A stretch of 63,729 nucleotides of DNA, taken from NCBI GenBank assembly GCA_002633005.1, contig NMRA01000037.1, forward strand, positions 981,972 through 1,045,700, read 5' to 3'. A model generated the notes under the pieces. It was given only the letters and a program-made list of their open reading frames with translations. It made no database searches and had not been told where the DNA came from. This document shows, one piece after another, positions 36,058 to 48,739 of the stretch. The position numbers and the translations under genes are program-made. The stretch comes from Phoronis australis. Taxonomy: Eukaryota > Animalia > Phoronida. Every line of letters begins with the position of its first letter. The first letter of the stretch is position 1.

Positions 36058-39000
36058 CTGAAATACAGTGATGCCAAACATTAGTTTTACAGTCTTACTT
36101 TCCTACACTTTCAAACCTCGACTTAATAAATACTGTCCTCTGTACTTACGTGTTTCAGGATCAAAATGAAAGGCCACCAACTTTTTTCAAAATGATGAAT
36201 ATTGACAAAACAGACAACGGTATTATTAAAGTTATATCACCCAACGTGTCGGTGGGTAAAAACGGCGACTTCAAAATAAGATAAATGAAGGAAGCGGTTT
36301 ATCAAGACAAAAATAACACACGTGAGCTACTTTTCGACATCAGTACAACCGTAGAAAACAAGACGTGTAAACTTGTCTTATTTGACATCTCGATTTTGCT
36401 CAACTAGGCTAAACACCAAAATATCATTTCATCATCGTCATGGTTTGTACTATTCAGATGTCATGAAATAAAAGAATGAAACTTTAAGTGTTAAAAACTT
36501 AAACAGTTTTTGAAAAACATTTGAAATGTATATTTGGCACTTCCCTCTTTTGTACGAAGTTAAAGAGTGTTTACCGTATTAACTATACTGTAGAGGTGAA
36601 ACAGGAAACCTTTTAGCTATGAGGAAATTAATTCACAGTTGCGAAGTATTGTCATTCACACGAGTTACTTTCATTAGTATCCTTTGTTCGCTTATTGTAC
36701 CACTGTATAATAATCACTGTGCAGGCTCACGAGTTGACAATACTAGGACATGAACACCAGTGGTATGTCAATAAATGTAATTGCAATTAGTGAGTGTAGC
36801 GTGATTTCAACGTGTTGCTTTACCGTTGTTCCAATTTACTATTGCGTAAGTTGCTCTTCTGAATCACGTACTACCTCTAAATCAAATTTTGCTCATACTT
36901 CAACTAGCACCAATATTTCACAGAACTAATGTACAATACAGTAATTTGTACGAAACTCTTGAACATTGGTGAAGACCCATAAAAAAATTCTCGTGTGAAG
37001 AACTTTTATTCTCATAAAGAAAGGGACCTACTTCTTATGAAAACGGTAATTAAGTAGTCCTTACCACGGACCTACGACACAAAACTTTCTTTTATGCACA
37101 TAAACTTTCTCAAGAATGTTATCAATAACTATATCAAGGACAAGTGAACGAGCAATATTTGGGTTAATTTAGGAACTGAAATTTTATTGAGAAATCAGCC
37201 CGCTGCTTTCATGGCATAGCTAATGAAAGGTTAATCAATAGGAACTCTTGACAGGTATTAAGATGGACGAGTGAGTAGATTACAAACTGCAGGTAATATG
37301 CGCTTTCATGTATGATCACTGATTAACCCAAATATAAATGTCTACATGCTGATACCAACTTACCACTTTTGAATTGGACCGTTTTACTCTCATAATTTAT
37401 TTTGTTCATTCCAGTGGTTTTGACGGAAATATTTTTACCATTTGTGTATTTCAGTTGGTTAAGCTGAATTTCGGGTCTCACTTAAGCTAATTTTAATTGG
37501 ACCACCGATACTTTTAGATATTATTATACTTTTTCAAAGAAGAGAAGTAGGACGGTCTATTTGTCTCTAAAATGTCCCAAAAATATGAGTGCCAGAATAT
37601 AAGTTTGATGGAAACTTATTGTTTTTTTTGATAATATTCTATCAATCCCAGGATTTATTCTGCAATGCGCGGACGTTCTTGAAGGTGGTACAAATGGCTT
37701 TAGTTGCTGAGAACAAACATTTTTGAGTTTTGGCACCAAACGTAACCAATTGTGCAGTTCTAGTGCATATATCGAGGATTTTTCAGCAGGCGCGATACAC
37801 CAAGGCAGATAATAACGAATACTTCCGGGAAACGATGTTATGCCACACCTACAATAGTTTCCGTTGCGAAGGTCCACAAGCGCAGACAATTTGGCGGAAG
37901 TTGTGTTGGCGTAGGCTTACTACAGCGACAGATTATCTATGATACATTTTGATCATATTTCACTCCAGCTTGTTGCGATAGAAACGTATTATCAAAATAG
38001 GTCTTGGGGAAAACAAAGAACTGTTGTAGGCAGCGTGACATCCGGGATACCAAGTCTTTTAGGACCGTTCATGGGTTACAGCCGCCCATGGTCACGCCAC
38101 GCTTCATTCATACGGAAGATTCTTCGCATTGTAGTCTTATTGCGCTATTATGTTCAGCAAAAAGAGTGGTTGCTCCTATTAGCTTTTACATAGCGGTATA
38201 TATGATAGTAGGAAGAACTTTCCCAAAACCGTACAATTTCACTGCATTTAAAAGTTTTTTTTTAATCTGCATTGGTGGTCTAGTGTTTACTTGGGTTGTC
38301 GACGAGGCCATGTATCCGTTAGACATGCTGTCACCCACGTGTGTTGCATGTTTAATTATCAAGTTACATTAGAATACAGTTTCAGAAAATATAAAAATAT
38401 TTATGAAACGTTGTGAAGTTATAGATTTTCGATAATACTCAGGCTGAATATTCTTCTTATTGTTAAGTTCACGACGACGTTTTAGCAGCGACAGGTACTT
38501 ATGTCTTTCCTCCGCATATGGTTGATTTGCATTTCAAGTGCATCAAGCCAAAACCGTCTTAACACTTTTGTTCACAACCAACGTTTGTGGGACAAAGATG
38601 GTGACCTATCGTTGTGTATTCGTAATGTTCCCGCGAGAAGGGTTCATTTTATGGAGTATGCGAAGGTTGCAACAACCTGTTGTGAGTAATGTAAAAAATC
38701 CATTTGGCGTCTATCAACTATAACATTTCTTTACTTCTGTGCCTTTTAAAAGATAGTTGGATTCTCGCAGTCTGTTTCAAGAAAAGTGACTGACGACTTT
38801 AGTCAGAAATTTGGTCTTACGGTACTCACAACTACTTCAGAAAAACAGTTAAGTCACATGTTTAGCAAAAATACTAATGCTATGAGAATATACCCATAAC
38901 TTCCAGTTCCTGTGATAATTTGTACATTTTTTCTAGGTATTTGGTAGTAATTCAGCAATTGCGAATTGGGAACGTAAGACAAAAATTTCTGTCTGAAGTC

Positions 39001-39969
39001 ACCTTTAGTCCCGAAACAGACGACGGGAATACGAAGAACGCTATTGGTCCTGATATTCGCATTTCAGAGTATTACGTAAATAGTTTTCATAATAGTAATA
39101 ATAAAAGTAATTGCACCTACACAAAGAACACATACAGCAAAATGTTACAGACAAGAATGCTGGAATATGTCTTGCACTTTCCAAACACACTCTCTTGAGC
39201 TCGCAATAACAGCAAAGACCTCAGGAATTTCCCATTTCATCGGGTGCTAGTACTAGAAACAAAATAAAGCGCACGTAAAGTAAGTAATAGCTTTTCAAGT
39301 TTCCCTCAAATTTGGCATTCTTTATACAAGGGCAAAGTGTTATCTTTTAAGCGCGTGGAAGATGAAAAAATCGAACACTCGCATACAGAGTGACGTGCGT
39401 GATCATGGAAAATTACGGCAATCAAAACCCGGTAAACTTTATCAGTTCGCAACACTTGCTAGAGATGTCTGCTGAGAGAACCGTTACCACGAACGCTATA
39501 CTCTTATTTGAGAGGGTGCTTAAGGGAAATCTTATATTGAATAGTCTGCTTGCAATAATGCTAAAATGTAAATGAAGTGAATTAGCGACTTGATACTCAC
39601 AAAGCAATGGTTGATAAAAGTCCTTCTTTTTAAAAGCATACTAAACCTGCGGTTTTGGCCTGTTAACAGACATTAACAACGATTTTCCCATCCACCTCTC
39701 TATAAAACAATCCTCGTCAACCATCAAATGTTTGGAACAACTTTTCAAAAAACCTTAGGCCTACAAAGTCTGTGAAACGGCCATGCATGACGAGTTACGC
39801 GACGGCAGCTCAGCAAGGGCAAAGATTCTATAAAATCTTTGGCTATGGTTCACTTGAGGCAGACAGTTCACTTCGTAGCTATCCATATACGCTGGATTTA
39901 AAGAATCCGCGCCATCTGTGAAAAGACGTCTTTTGATTTAGTCCAGTTACGGTTATAAAACTGGTAATC

Positions 39970-40277
39970 AGTTTGCGTGAGGCATAGCTCGTAATGAGTT
40001 AGTGAGAATTTAGCGTAGTTTGCGTGAGGCATAGCTCATTTTTGAGTTAGTGAGAATTTAGCATAGTCTGCGTAAGGCATAGCTAATAGTGAGTTAGTGG
40101 GAAATTAGCGTAGTTTGCGTAAGGCATAGCTCATTTTTGAGTTTGTGAGAATTTAGCACAGTCTGCGTGAGGCATAGCTCATATTGAGTTAGTAGAATTT
40201 AACATAATCTGTTTAAGGCATAGCTCATATCGAGTTAGTGGGAATTTAGCACAGTCTGTTTAAAGCATAGCTCATAA
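39970..40277. repeat. 47-48-bp minisatellite, ~6.5 diverged copies
   Basis: Unit approximately AGTTTGCGTGAGGCATAGCTCATATTGAGTTAGTGAGAATTTAGCGT. Confidence 0.92.
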
Positions 40278-42837
40278 TTCGGCAATAGTCTCTTACTAGG
40301 GTCCTGAATTTTGAGAACCGTAGTTTGATGTCTCTTATTCAGTGGAGAAAACTGGCTACCGATATGCAGGACCCCTCCACATGACTATTATCACAATACC
40401 TATCTGGCTCGAGCCATTTCTATTGTCGCCCATATCGTCAAGACTGGACAGATTTGCATATGAAATTGATGAATAGCACAGCGTCACATATTTCACAAAA
40501 AGCCAACAATGCCGCAATTGCCACATTATTCAATCAAACTCAAGTTAAAGAGCTGTTCAGTTAATAAATTGCAACGTTTCCGTCATTGCGAAGTAACATT
40601 AACAATAAAAATAAAGACGTTTTAGGATATTTTCACTGGCCACTTATCCGTATTTCTTCAGAATGAATGTGTTAGGAAATTTATTAGAAAACTCAAGAGA
40701 GTCAGTAATGATAAATTATCAAAATTCTCTTAAGAGAATGGATTGGTAGGGTTACTAAAGAAAGTACGTGCGATCATGTTCGTAGACAATTGAAAAGACA
40801 CAATGAACGTGCTCGTCGAAGCATGATTGTGTGAAGGTCTGGGTATTGGCAATGTTGGACAAAAATAAGTGTCGAAAATGACCCATTTTCAGTTTACAAG
40901 AGCTTTTCATATTGTTCTAAATGCTCACAATTTCAGTCAAAATATTATCTGTTGGCTAATATGATAAAGAGCCTAAAATGATGAAGCAAGTATTCCATAT
41001 GCTATTTACGTTAATGAAAAAACAACAGCAAACTTTTCCGTCATTTTGTTACCGAATTCAGTAAGATTCTACTGCGCATTTCAAAATAAATCTGAGCTCA
41101 GATAACGGCACAGAAAATCAAATGTAAACACGATGTACGTGAAACTGATGACAAGTAATTATGAAACTTAATTTAAGTGTGAAAATCAGTTCTTCGTAAA
41201 TACTTAAATTATGAATAACAATACATTTGAACATTAAATTTTTTGCTGTGTTTTAGGAAATAAAGAAGTATATTTACGGTGAAACGCAGAACACGTGTTT
41301 TTTAAACGGCTATGCACCCGCTCTTCACCCAAGAAGCGAACTTTAATTTGCACGCTTACCGCTAAAAATTTGGTCTCGGCTTTTTCATTACTCGGAAGAG
41401 AAGCGAGTCCAGGGTTTTCAAACGACTTACGGTTATTATTCCGCTGCACATAAAATGACCCGTCGTGGCATAACAACTTGCTGAGCCTGGTTAAAGTTCA
41501 ATAGCTGTCTCTCGACGAGAAAAATTTAGCCAAAATCACGTGCTCTCATTGAAAATACACGGCAATATCTCGCGAAGTCTTGCTTTTTAGCGAGGCCTTT
41601 TAGCGATGCCTAGTGTTATTGGTCCCGAGCAGGTAACGACCTGACAGTTCGTTTGAAGCCTAGTCACCTCCAATTTCATATCGGAAAGTGGTCTAAACAA
41701 GATTTTGTTTTTTTTTTCTGATGAAATTCAGGCTCATAGCATGGACACCAATTGAGAATCGAACTTTGTTCAGCAGCCAATCATAGATTGTAATCGATAG
41801 TCGGCTCGATTGACTGACTATTGATAATGGGAGGTGATGCGTTTGTTAACTTATATCAGGTGGGCATTACCATGCAATGCCTCCCTGCTTATGTACATTT
41901 GTAGAGTTAAATAAAAACAAACATTGCACATGTAAATTTATACCGTGCAGTACCTGAGCTATTTTCCTTGTAACAAAACGCCACTCTCTGGTGTACGTCA
42001 ATGAAAATCTTCTGAAACGTTTTGAAATATTTGCAGGATGTAGGCGTCTCATGAAATGGCGATCAACTTACGAAACGTGGATATCACGATCCAGTGAGTG
42101 GAAAACGATGTCCAACAACTGTCGTCAGAAACTGACTTACTTGTTCGGGAATAAGTGTGTAAACCTCTTGGATAATGACATTGATTCACTTACACCAGAA
42201 GTCTTATTAAATTCAATATGATCCAAGCTGTCACCTCAAGGTAATGCGTCAATGAAAATGACATCAAACGTGTTCTTTCTGTCAAAAACAAGTTTTAGGG
42301 CACCGTTGTAAAATTAGTCTAGTTGTTGTCTACTCGGATATTAAGAAATGTTCATCGGGCTTCGGATAAAGAGGCATATCATTATTTTTTTCTGACCAAG
42401 CTTATTACAGTTTCACTTCACATCGTGATCTCAAGTTTTCTAGATTATCAGTTCGCTACTACACACAGAACCTGAATGATGAAATTTTTACCAAAAACAT
42501 TCACATCACAGGAGACAATAATAATAATAATAAATTTTATTAGAATCACACAAGTACAGAAAAATATAATAATACAAGACAAGTGCAAGATATGGATAAC
42601 ATAAAAAGTCGCTTATTATTCTAATTTAAATATCATAAAAATCAAAGGAAAAAGGAGGGGTCCAGAGCATCCCCCGCCTATGTAAAGGTTCAAATACGTT
42701 TAAAGTAAGAGCATACCAACTGGTCCAAATTGTCATGGCGGAGAAAACTGTACACAGTTGTATACACGTATAAATTCTAAACAAAGTAAATGATATACCA
42801 AGTAAAACAGTGTGACAGCTATCGGCGCCACATTATT

Positions 42838-43236
42838 AGACCGGAGTCCGGTGTCTAATCTTTGTAGTCGAAATCGAAATCCTTTTTGAAGTTTTTTCGG
42901 TCTACTTTACAACAGACAAGTGTTTGTAATTCTCTTCTCGAGTATGTTATGGTTTACATGGATGATTATCTAATCCTGGTTTACACTTGATGACTCCAGC
43001 GTTAGAGGACTAATTTGAAATTTCGAGTTTTTGCTCGAAATCTAGAGCTTTTATTCGAACTTGAATGTCGAGGTCATCGAGTGCGAACTTGGACTAGAAA
43101 TCCGTTTGCGTAAACCATAATTTACCCGAGCATAGAATAATAAACACTTGTCTTGAGTTCGTATTCAAAGCAAGAGGGGAAATGTTTAATATAATTTTGA
43201 GCTCCATTTCGAGTACCAAGAGTTGACCCCAGGCCC
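42838..43236. mobile_element. Foldback MITE, diverged copy of 28722-29134
   Basis: Collinear similarity at both ends and internally. Confidence 0.7.
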
Positions 43237-44481
43237 TAGTCTAAACTTCTGTATTTTTTGATTCCACAGTCTTGTGGTCGGCCCACTCTTAAAAGGATAC
43301 CAAACCCGGTTTTGGCTCATAAACAGGTACTAAAACAGTTTTCCGATACAGCTCTCTGAAAAAAATAAGGCTCTGTAACTCTCGACGACCTTCAAAAGAT
43401 TGGAGGAAAATTTGAAAACTCCTTTCTAAGTCTGCTAAATGGGCAAGCGTGACCAGCGCTCTTAGCGAATTCATTTAATTACATGGGAACTGCGGGAAAA
43501 ATCACCCACTAAGGACCGCAATATCCAATTTGTGTCTGTGTCATTGGGAGTATTAGTTTTTAGTTGATTCCTGCCTTTACCTTTCAAGATTGACACCAAT
43601 GATGCATTAGCAGGTGACAGAATGAGGAATGGATGAAATCACCAAAAGAGGGTTTAGTATTCTTTTAATCTTTTGCAATCTCATTCATAGATACACGGAA
43701 CACTGTTCCGACGGACTAAGTTATTGTAATTTTATATCACTATTAGAGTCCAATTTCCATCAATACTGTTGCAAAATAATGTTCTTCCTCATACTCTGAC
43801 AAGTTAGGCAAAATTTCCAGAATATTTCTCCCCTATGCGACTTAGGAACTCATCAAACCCGCCTTCATCTATTTTTGGGTTGCACTGTCAATAGTCATTT
43901 GCGTGATCTGTTGTTCCGGACCCAAGAGGCTGTCGACGGTATCAAAGGCAAAATTAATAACATTTCACGGCAAATTGATAAATTAAACTTTTTTTTTTAA
44001 TATTTCGTTTTCATGATTTGCCGATTGACGTCAATCAATTACTCTTTAGTAAGTTGCCAACTTTCTCCATAGCAGTTTATCAAAGTAAATTGTAACTGCT
44101 AGTCATATCAATCTGTCATCATGAATAATACCGGATTTGTTTTCGACATTTTTGTTTAGTAACTTACTGCAAACTACCTTTGTATTTCTTGCTAAGCGTG
44201 TATATGTATGAATGAATATATTATTGTTGTTTTGTGAATTTTTTTCTTTGAAAGGGACTTCAGCGCAGTGCATAACATGATGTAGCTTGAACATTTGTCG
44301 TTATGACCTTGAAAATGACGTCAAGGTCGCCAAGTCCGACAAGACGCCTGGGAAGATGTACCACCTGAACCTCGGTATTAAACTGAACGAAATACAAGGC
44401 TTCCTTATTGAGACGACATTTTTAATTTGAATACGAATTTGAACCTTCAAAATCGACTCTTGTATGGACACGCCCCACCTA

Positions 44482-45498
44482 TAGCTGGGCAGATAGTGGA
44501 AAAATCATGCATTTGATGATACAAGCACCAAAATTGGCATGGTGACATCCTAAGGTATACTCAACAGATCTACCCGACTAGCCACCTAAAAATTCAAAAT
44601 GGCCGCCATTTTTCAAAATGGCCGCCATTTGATGCTTGTGAGTAATGCTTTTCCTCATAAATCTGTCTCTGCCCAACCGATTTTCATGAACTTGTTGTCA
44701 AATTGTATGTTTTTGGATATGCTGAATTCATTTTTGATATTTTCAGAAGCATTTTAACACAATGTGGGCAACTACTGGTAAAATAAACAAAAAATTACCA
44801 CATCAAAATGCATTTTATTAACGAGAAACGGAACTGTGCTCTTGAACATCAAATACAAAATAAATGGACGGAATCATAAATCACAAACATAGTCGAACAT
44901 GAACATCACATTAATGCTAAAATAATATGTTGTTCAGAACCTATTGTCTATTATATATTCCCTTTACACAACGACGTTACTGGTCACATACACAGCTACA
45001 CAGTGCGTTACAAGAAAGTCCTGCTCGGAAACATTTGCACCTCCGAGTGCAGCCTTTCTTACTGCAGCATTTGGCCAATTCCTGGCAGCATGCAGCTATT
45101 GGTGGACGGGTTGTCCAGTGTATTTTCCATGACTCATCACATTGAATCCAACCCCAGTCAGCAGGAGTGCTGGTTTGTGGGTTCAAGACAGTCGCCTGGC
45201 TCCAGATGATCCCACTTTGGTAGGCAGCACGGCATCTCTGGTTGGTGGGATAGCATCATAAGTCCTCTGCTTGCAGGCAAAGAGATCCAACCTTGCCTTG
45301 TTGACCCCACTATCTGTACTGGATCTGTCATACATTAGGACAACGAAGTTCTCCAGATTCTGCAGGTCATCGTCTGAAATTTCTCTCGAACAGTAGCTGA
45401 GTTTCTTGAAGGTTTCAGTAACGTCATTACATACATTTTATGTCAGCCCTGCAGATGTTTTATTTTGCCACAAAAACCTGAAACCACATCACAACCTG
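44482..45498 (-). mobile_element. Academ DNA transposon terminal fragment (one TIR plus the transposase C-terminus)
   Basis: TAG terminus with CACCAAAATTGGCA and repeated TTCAAAATGGCCGCCA. The minus-strand remnant reads GCDVVSGF..LENFVVLMYDRSS..VNKARLDLF..AIPPT..AAYQSGIIW..PADWGW..WTT..C..GC.RRCKC..AGLSCNALCSC (nuclease-like region plus CXC domain). Cut off at the N at 45499. Confidence 0.8.
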
Positions 45499-45499
45499 N

Positions 45500-45900
45500 T
45501 ATGCCTTGGTGCACAAATGTGAACAAAATCTAAAGCTCCCGTCTTGAGATGTCGCGCCAACAACATTCCCCCAAATAAAAACTCGATTTTCTCGCTGTGA
45601 TGTCAAGGTCACTAAGACCGACTGGCACCTCGGTACAAAATTTGAACAAAATCTAAAGCTCCCTTCTTGAGCTATTGTACCAACGGCATTTCATTTTCCG
45701 AAGTCAAAATTTGATTTTCTCAGTGCATTGAGATTGCAAGTTAGGCCGAGGTTGCCGAAAACTGATGCCTGGAGATGCTCCACCTAAACTCGATACAAAA
45801 ACGAGCATAATTTAACTCTTCATTTTTAAGATTTTGCGCCAACAACATTTTCACTATTCAAAAGTTGAATTTCCAAGGTCAATAAAATTGACTTACGTTA
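45500..45900. repeat. Diverged tandem units (TCAAGGTCA..CTCGGTACAAAATTTGAAC..TCTTGAGAT), Helentron/HINE-like array; matching unit at 44300-44460
   Basis: Three to four recognisable units on both sides of the Academ fragment. Confidence 0.55.
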
Positions 45901-48739
45901 AGGTAATTGGAATGCGGTTTGCCATAATATCATATTTTTGTAACAAGTCATTCTGAAGTTCAAGAAACCGTGCTATTTCAGTAGTGCCACTGTACGTTTG
46001 GTAAGAATTGAATTCAGTTTCGAAAGCGATAAGGAAAAAGTCGATGCAAAATTTGTAAAAAAGTGCTTTGCGAGTATTAGATATTTTTAATATTCCCTAA
46101 AGATATATTTACAAGGTTAAGCGTCTATCAACCCCCTTTCCGTAAAAAAGCTAACTTTTGATTTTGGACTCGTTCAGTTATAAATCTGTACGAAATCCTT
46201 CTCTTAAAGGTATGTAGTACCTTATTGAACAGTCGTTTCATTTAGCCAAATATCCACACAACTATATAACTTTGTGTGAGTATATATCTTCTGAAAGTAG
46301 GAGTTCTGTAGAATTGAATTCCTGACTTCATACAATCACTTTGTTCTCGTGACCATGTCTTTTCAGTAACATGTAGCACAAAGAAAAGTGCATAGTAGCC
46401 AAACAACGACAGCAATAACTTGACCAAATTTTGTTGGATATAAATGTCTAGGATAAAATCTGAAAGAAGTGTCAGTTGTCTAAATCGTCACTTCGTTTTC
46501 GCTTTATGCAACTTGATTTTTTCATAAAAACCATAAAAGTCCTATTTTTGTTAGTCTCTCATGCAAAGAAGAACATTTTATTAACAATTTCAGTTCCATA
46601 TGAACCCAGTCAGCCATTTCTGAGATATCATGTACGAAGGTAGCCTAACTTGGCCATTTTTCTAGGATTCCTGGGATTAGCAAGAACCGGCAGTTCATTA
46701 CAAAAATTGCTTAGGTCAAGCTTGGTAAGTTGGCTTGTCACGACGAGTCATTTATACGCCGAGCAAGATCTCAAGCACTATACTACCGAGCAGCGACATT
46801 ATGGTAGGTGTAAGATCACGCATGCGCCTTCTTCGATCTTTGTTTTTGTAGTTTTAACTACAATAATAAATTAAATTTAATAAATTTTGTATGCCTCACC
46901 GCAAAGGCTTCTGCGCCTGATATGAACTCATGCCGTATGAAACCCACATACTGTTACATGTGCAGCGTAAACGATTTAAGAACCCGATGCGCACTAAGCG
47001 TGAACTCTGGTATGATTTTCATTTTGCGTGTTGTCCATAATACTCGCCATGTTTCATGTCATGTAAGTTGACCGGACATGTGTTATCGACATTTTTGACG
47101 AAAGGGTGACGTATGCTTTCTACTGTAAAATCACCTTGTTGTCTGCCTTGCCAGAACTGTTTTCACGTAAATATGACTGTATCTGTTGATAACTCGGGCG
47201 ATGTCTCCTCGGCAATCATCTCAAACCTCAAGGTCTTGTTAAACTCGGACCTGATCTCCGAGCACGTCAAAATATCTTTTAAACAAATCCAGACGAAAGT
47301 ACCCTCTCGCAACGTCTACTGCAGAGTTATTCACTTTCCCCTGTTAGGGAATTTCCAGAAAAAATCACGAAATTCACGATTTTTGAAATACGCGCGAAGG
47401 GAAAAACCTGTAGTCACCACAGAGTTTCTAATTTCCCTCCAATTTATGATAAATGCCCGCATTCACTCATACTCACAGTCATTCGTCAAACATCTGACTA
47501 AAATGTATATTAACGGCAGATTATGATGTGTAATTACACTTAGAATCTAAAGTCGACAGCTCAATAAAGCAAGCAATTTTTCAAAAACAATTCCAAGTGA
47601 ATCTTAGAATATATTTGAATACTACGATAACTAATTCTAGACGGTTAAGACTTGCATTAATTGTCTCTTAATCGGACTGGCTCCTGCTTGAAGTTCCATT
47701 GTTTTCTTTACATCAAAGGTCACAGGTCACATTTTCCATTTAAAGTGGAACTTGCACGCTAATTTCTTATCTCTCTGATTGCTTGATCAAATTAGTTAGA
47801 AACACAACATATAGCGACGATGTGAATGTGAAATACGTTGAAAATTTTCAAATGTTTTTAAGAGCGAGTTTTTTGTCGAAAATGATCCACCGTAAATCAC
47901 GCAACCGTGTCCAGTAAGTGTCGTGACGCGGTGTTGGAGAATAACACTGCTCGATGCAGGCTATGTGAGCCTCCAAGAATAGATACGTCAATAGTGCAAA
48001 AGTCACCTATTTGCAGAATTTTTTTGTTTTCACATTTACAAGATGTCAATAAATATAACTGCACTTTGTTTAGCGCAGATGATGTTCAAATAGCATTGTC
48101 ATTTAGTTACATAAAGCAGTCGTTGGGAGCATGCAAATACATATTTAAAGGAAAAGTGCTATGGCTGTGTCTTGCCATACCAAATTAGGAGATGTACTTT
48201 ATTTACCTAGTGGGAGAAAAATTGACGAAGTGGCGAGTAGTGGGCAGGTCGTTTTTTTGAAATTCTAAGCTATAAGAATAATTCTTTGAGATCAACAGAA
48301 ATTCAAAATCTTTACCGGCAAACCGTAAAATGCTCGTTGAGCTGGTTGAATTCTGTTTCAGGGACAGAGAACCACTTTGAATAATGCAATTTAGTCCGTT
48401 TTTAGCGTTCCAGGATTCTTTAAACCCTCTACCGCCTGGGTTTCGACTAGACAGAACCTCCGTCTGTTTCGCCTCTTTCTGCCCTGGCTGACAGACGCCT
48501 AGCATCCCTTTTACCATCTCTATGTTCCCGTTTAATTTCGAGGACATTGACCGTAATAAAAATCAGTCTTCAATTTTGTTGACGGAATGAAGGCATTTTG
48601 ATGGCGAGGGCATTTGTTTGATTTAAAGACTCCAAGTACCTGCAAAGGTACTCATCCATAGCGCAATTTGCAAAAACCTTCCAGCGCGCCACCGCCTACG
48701 TTTTACGCGCATTTGTGATTTATAGAAGCTCTCGAGTAC

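Noticed and set aside
39970-40277. CRISPR-like array
   Set aside because: Contiguous tandem units without unique spacers, eukaryotic context, and no cas genes.
41991-42221. + strand ORF with LRR-like NLLDNDIDSL
   Set aside because: Wrong strand for the LGR and no supporting splice structure.
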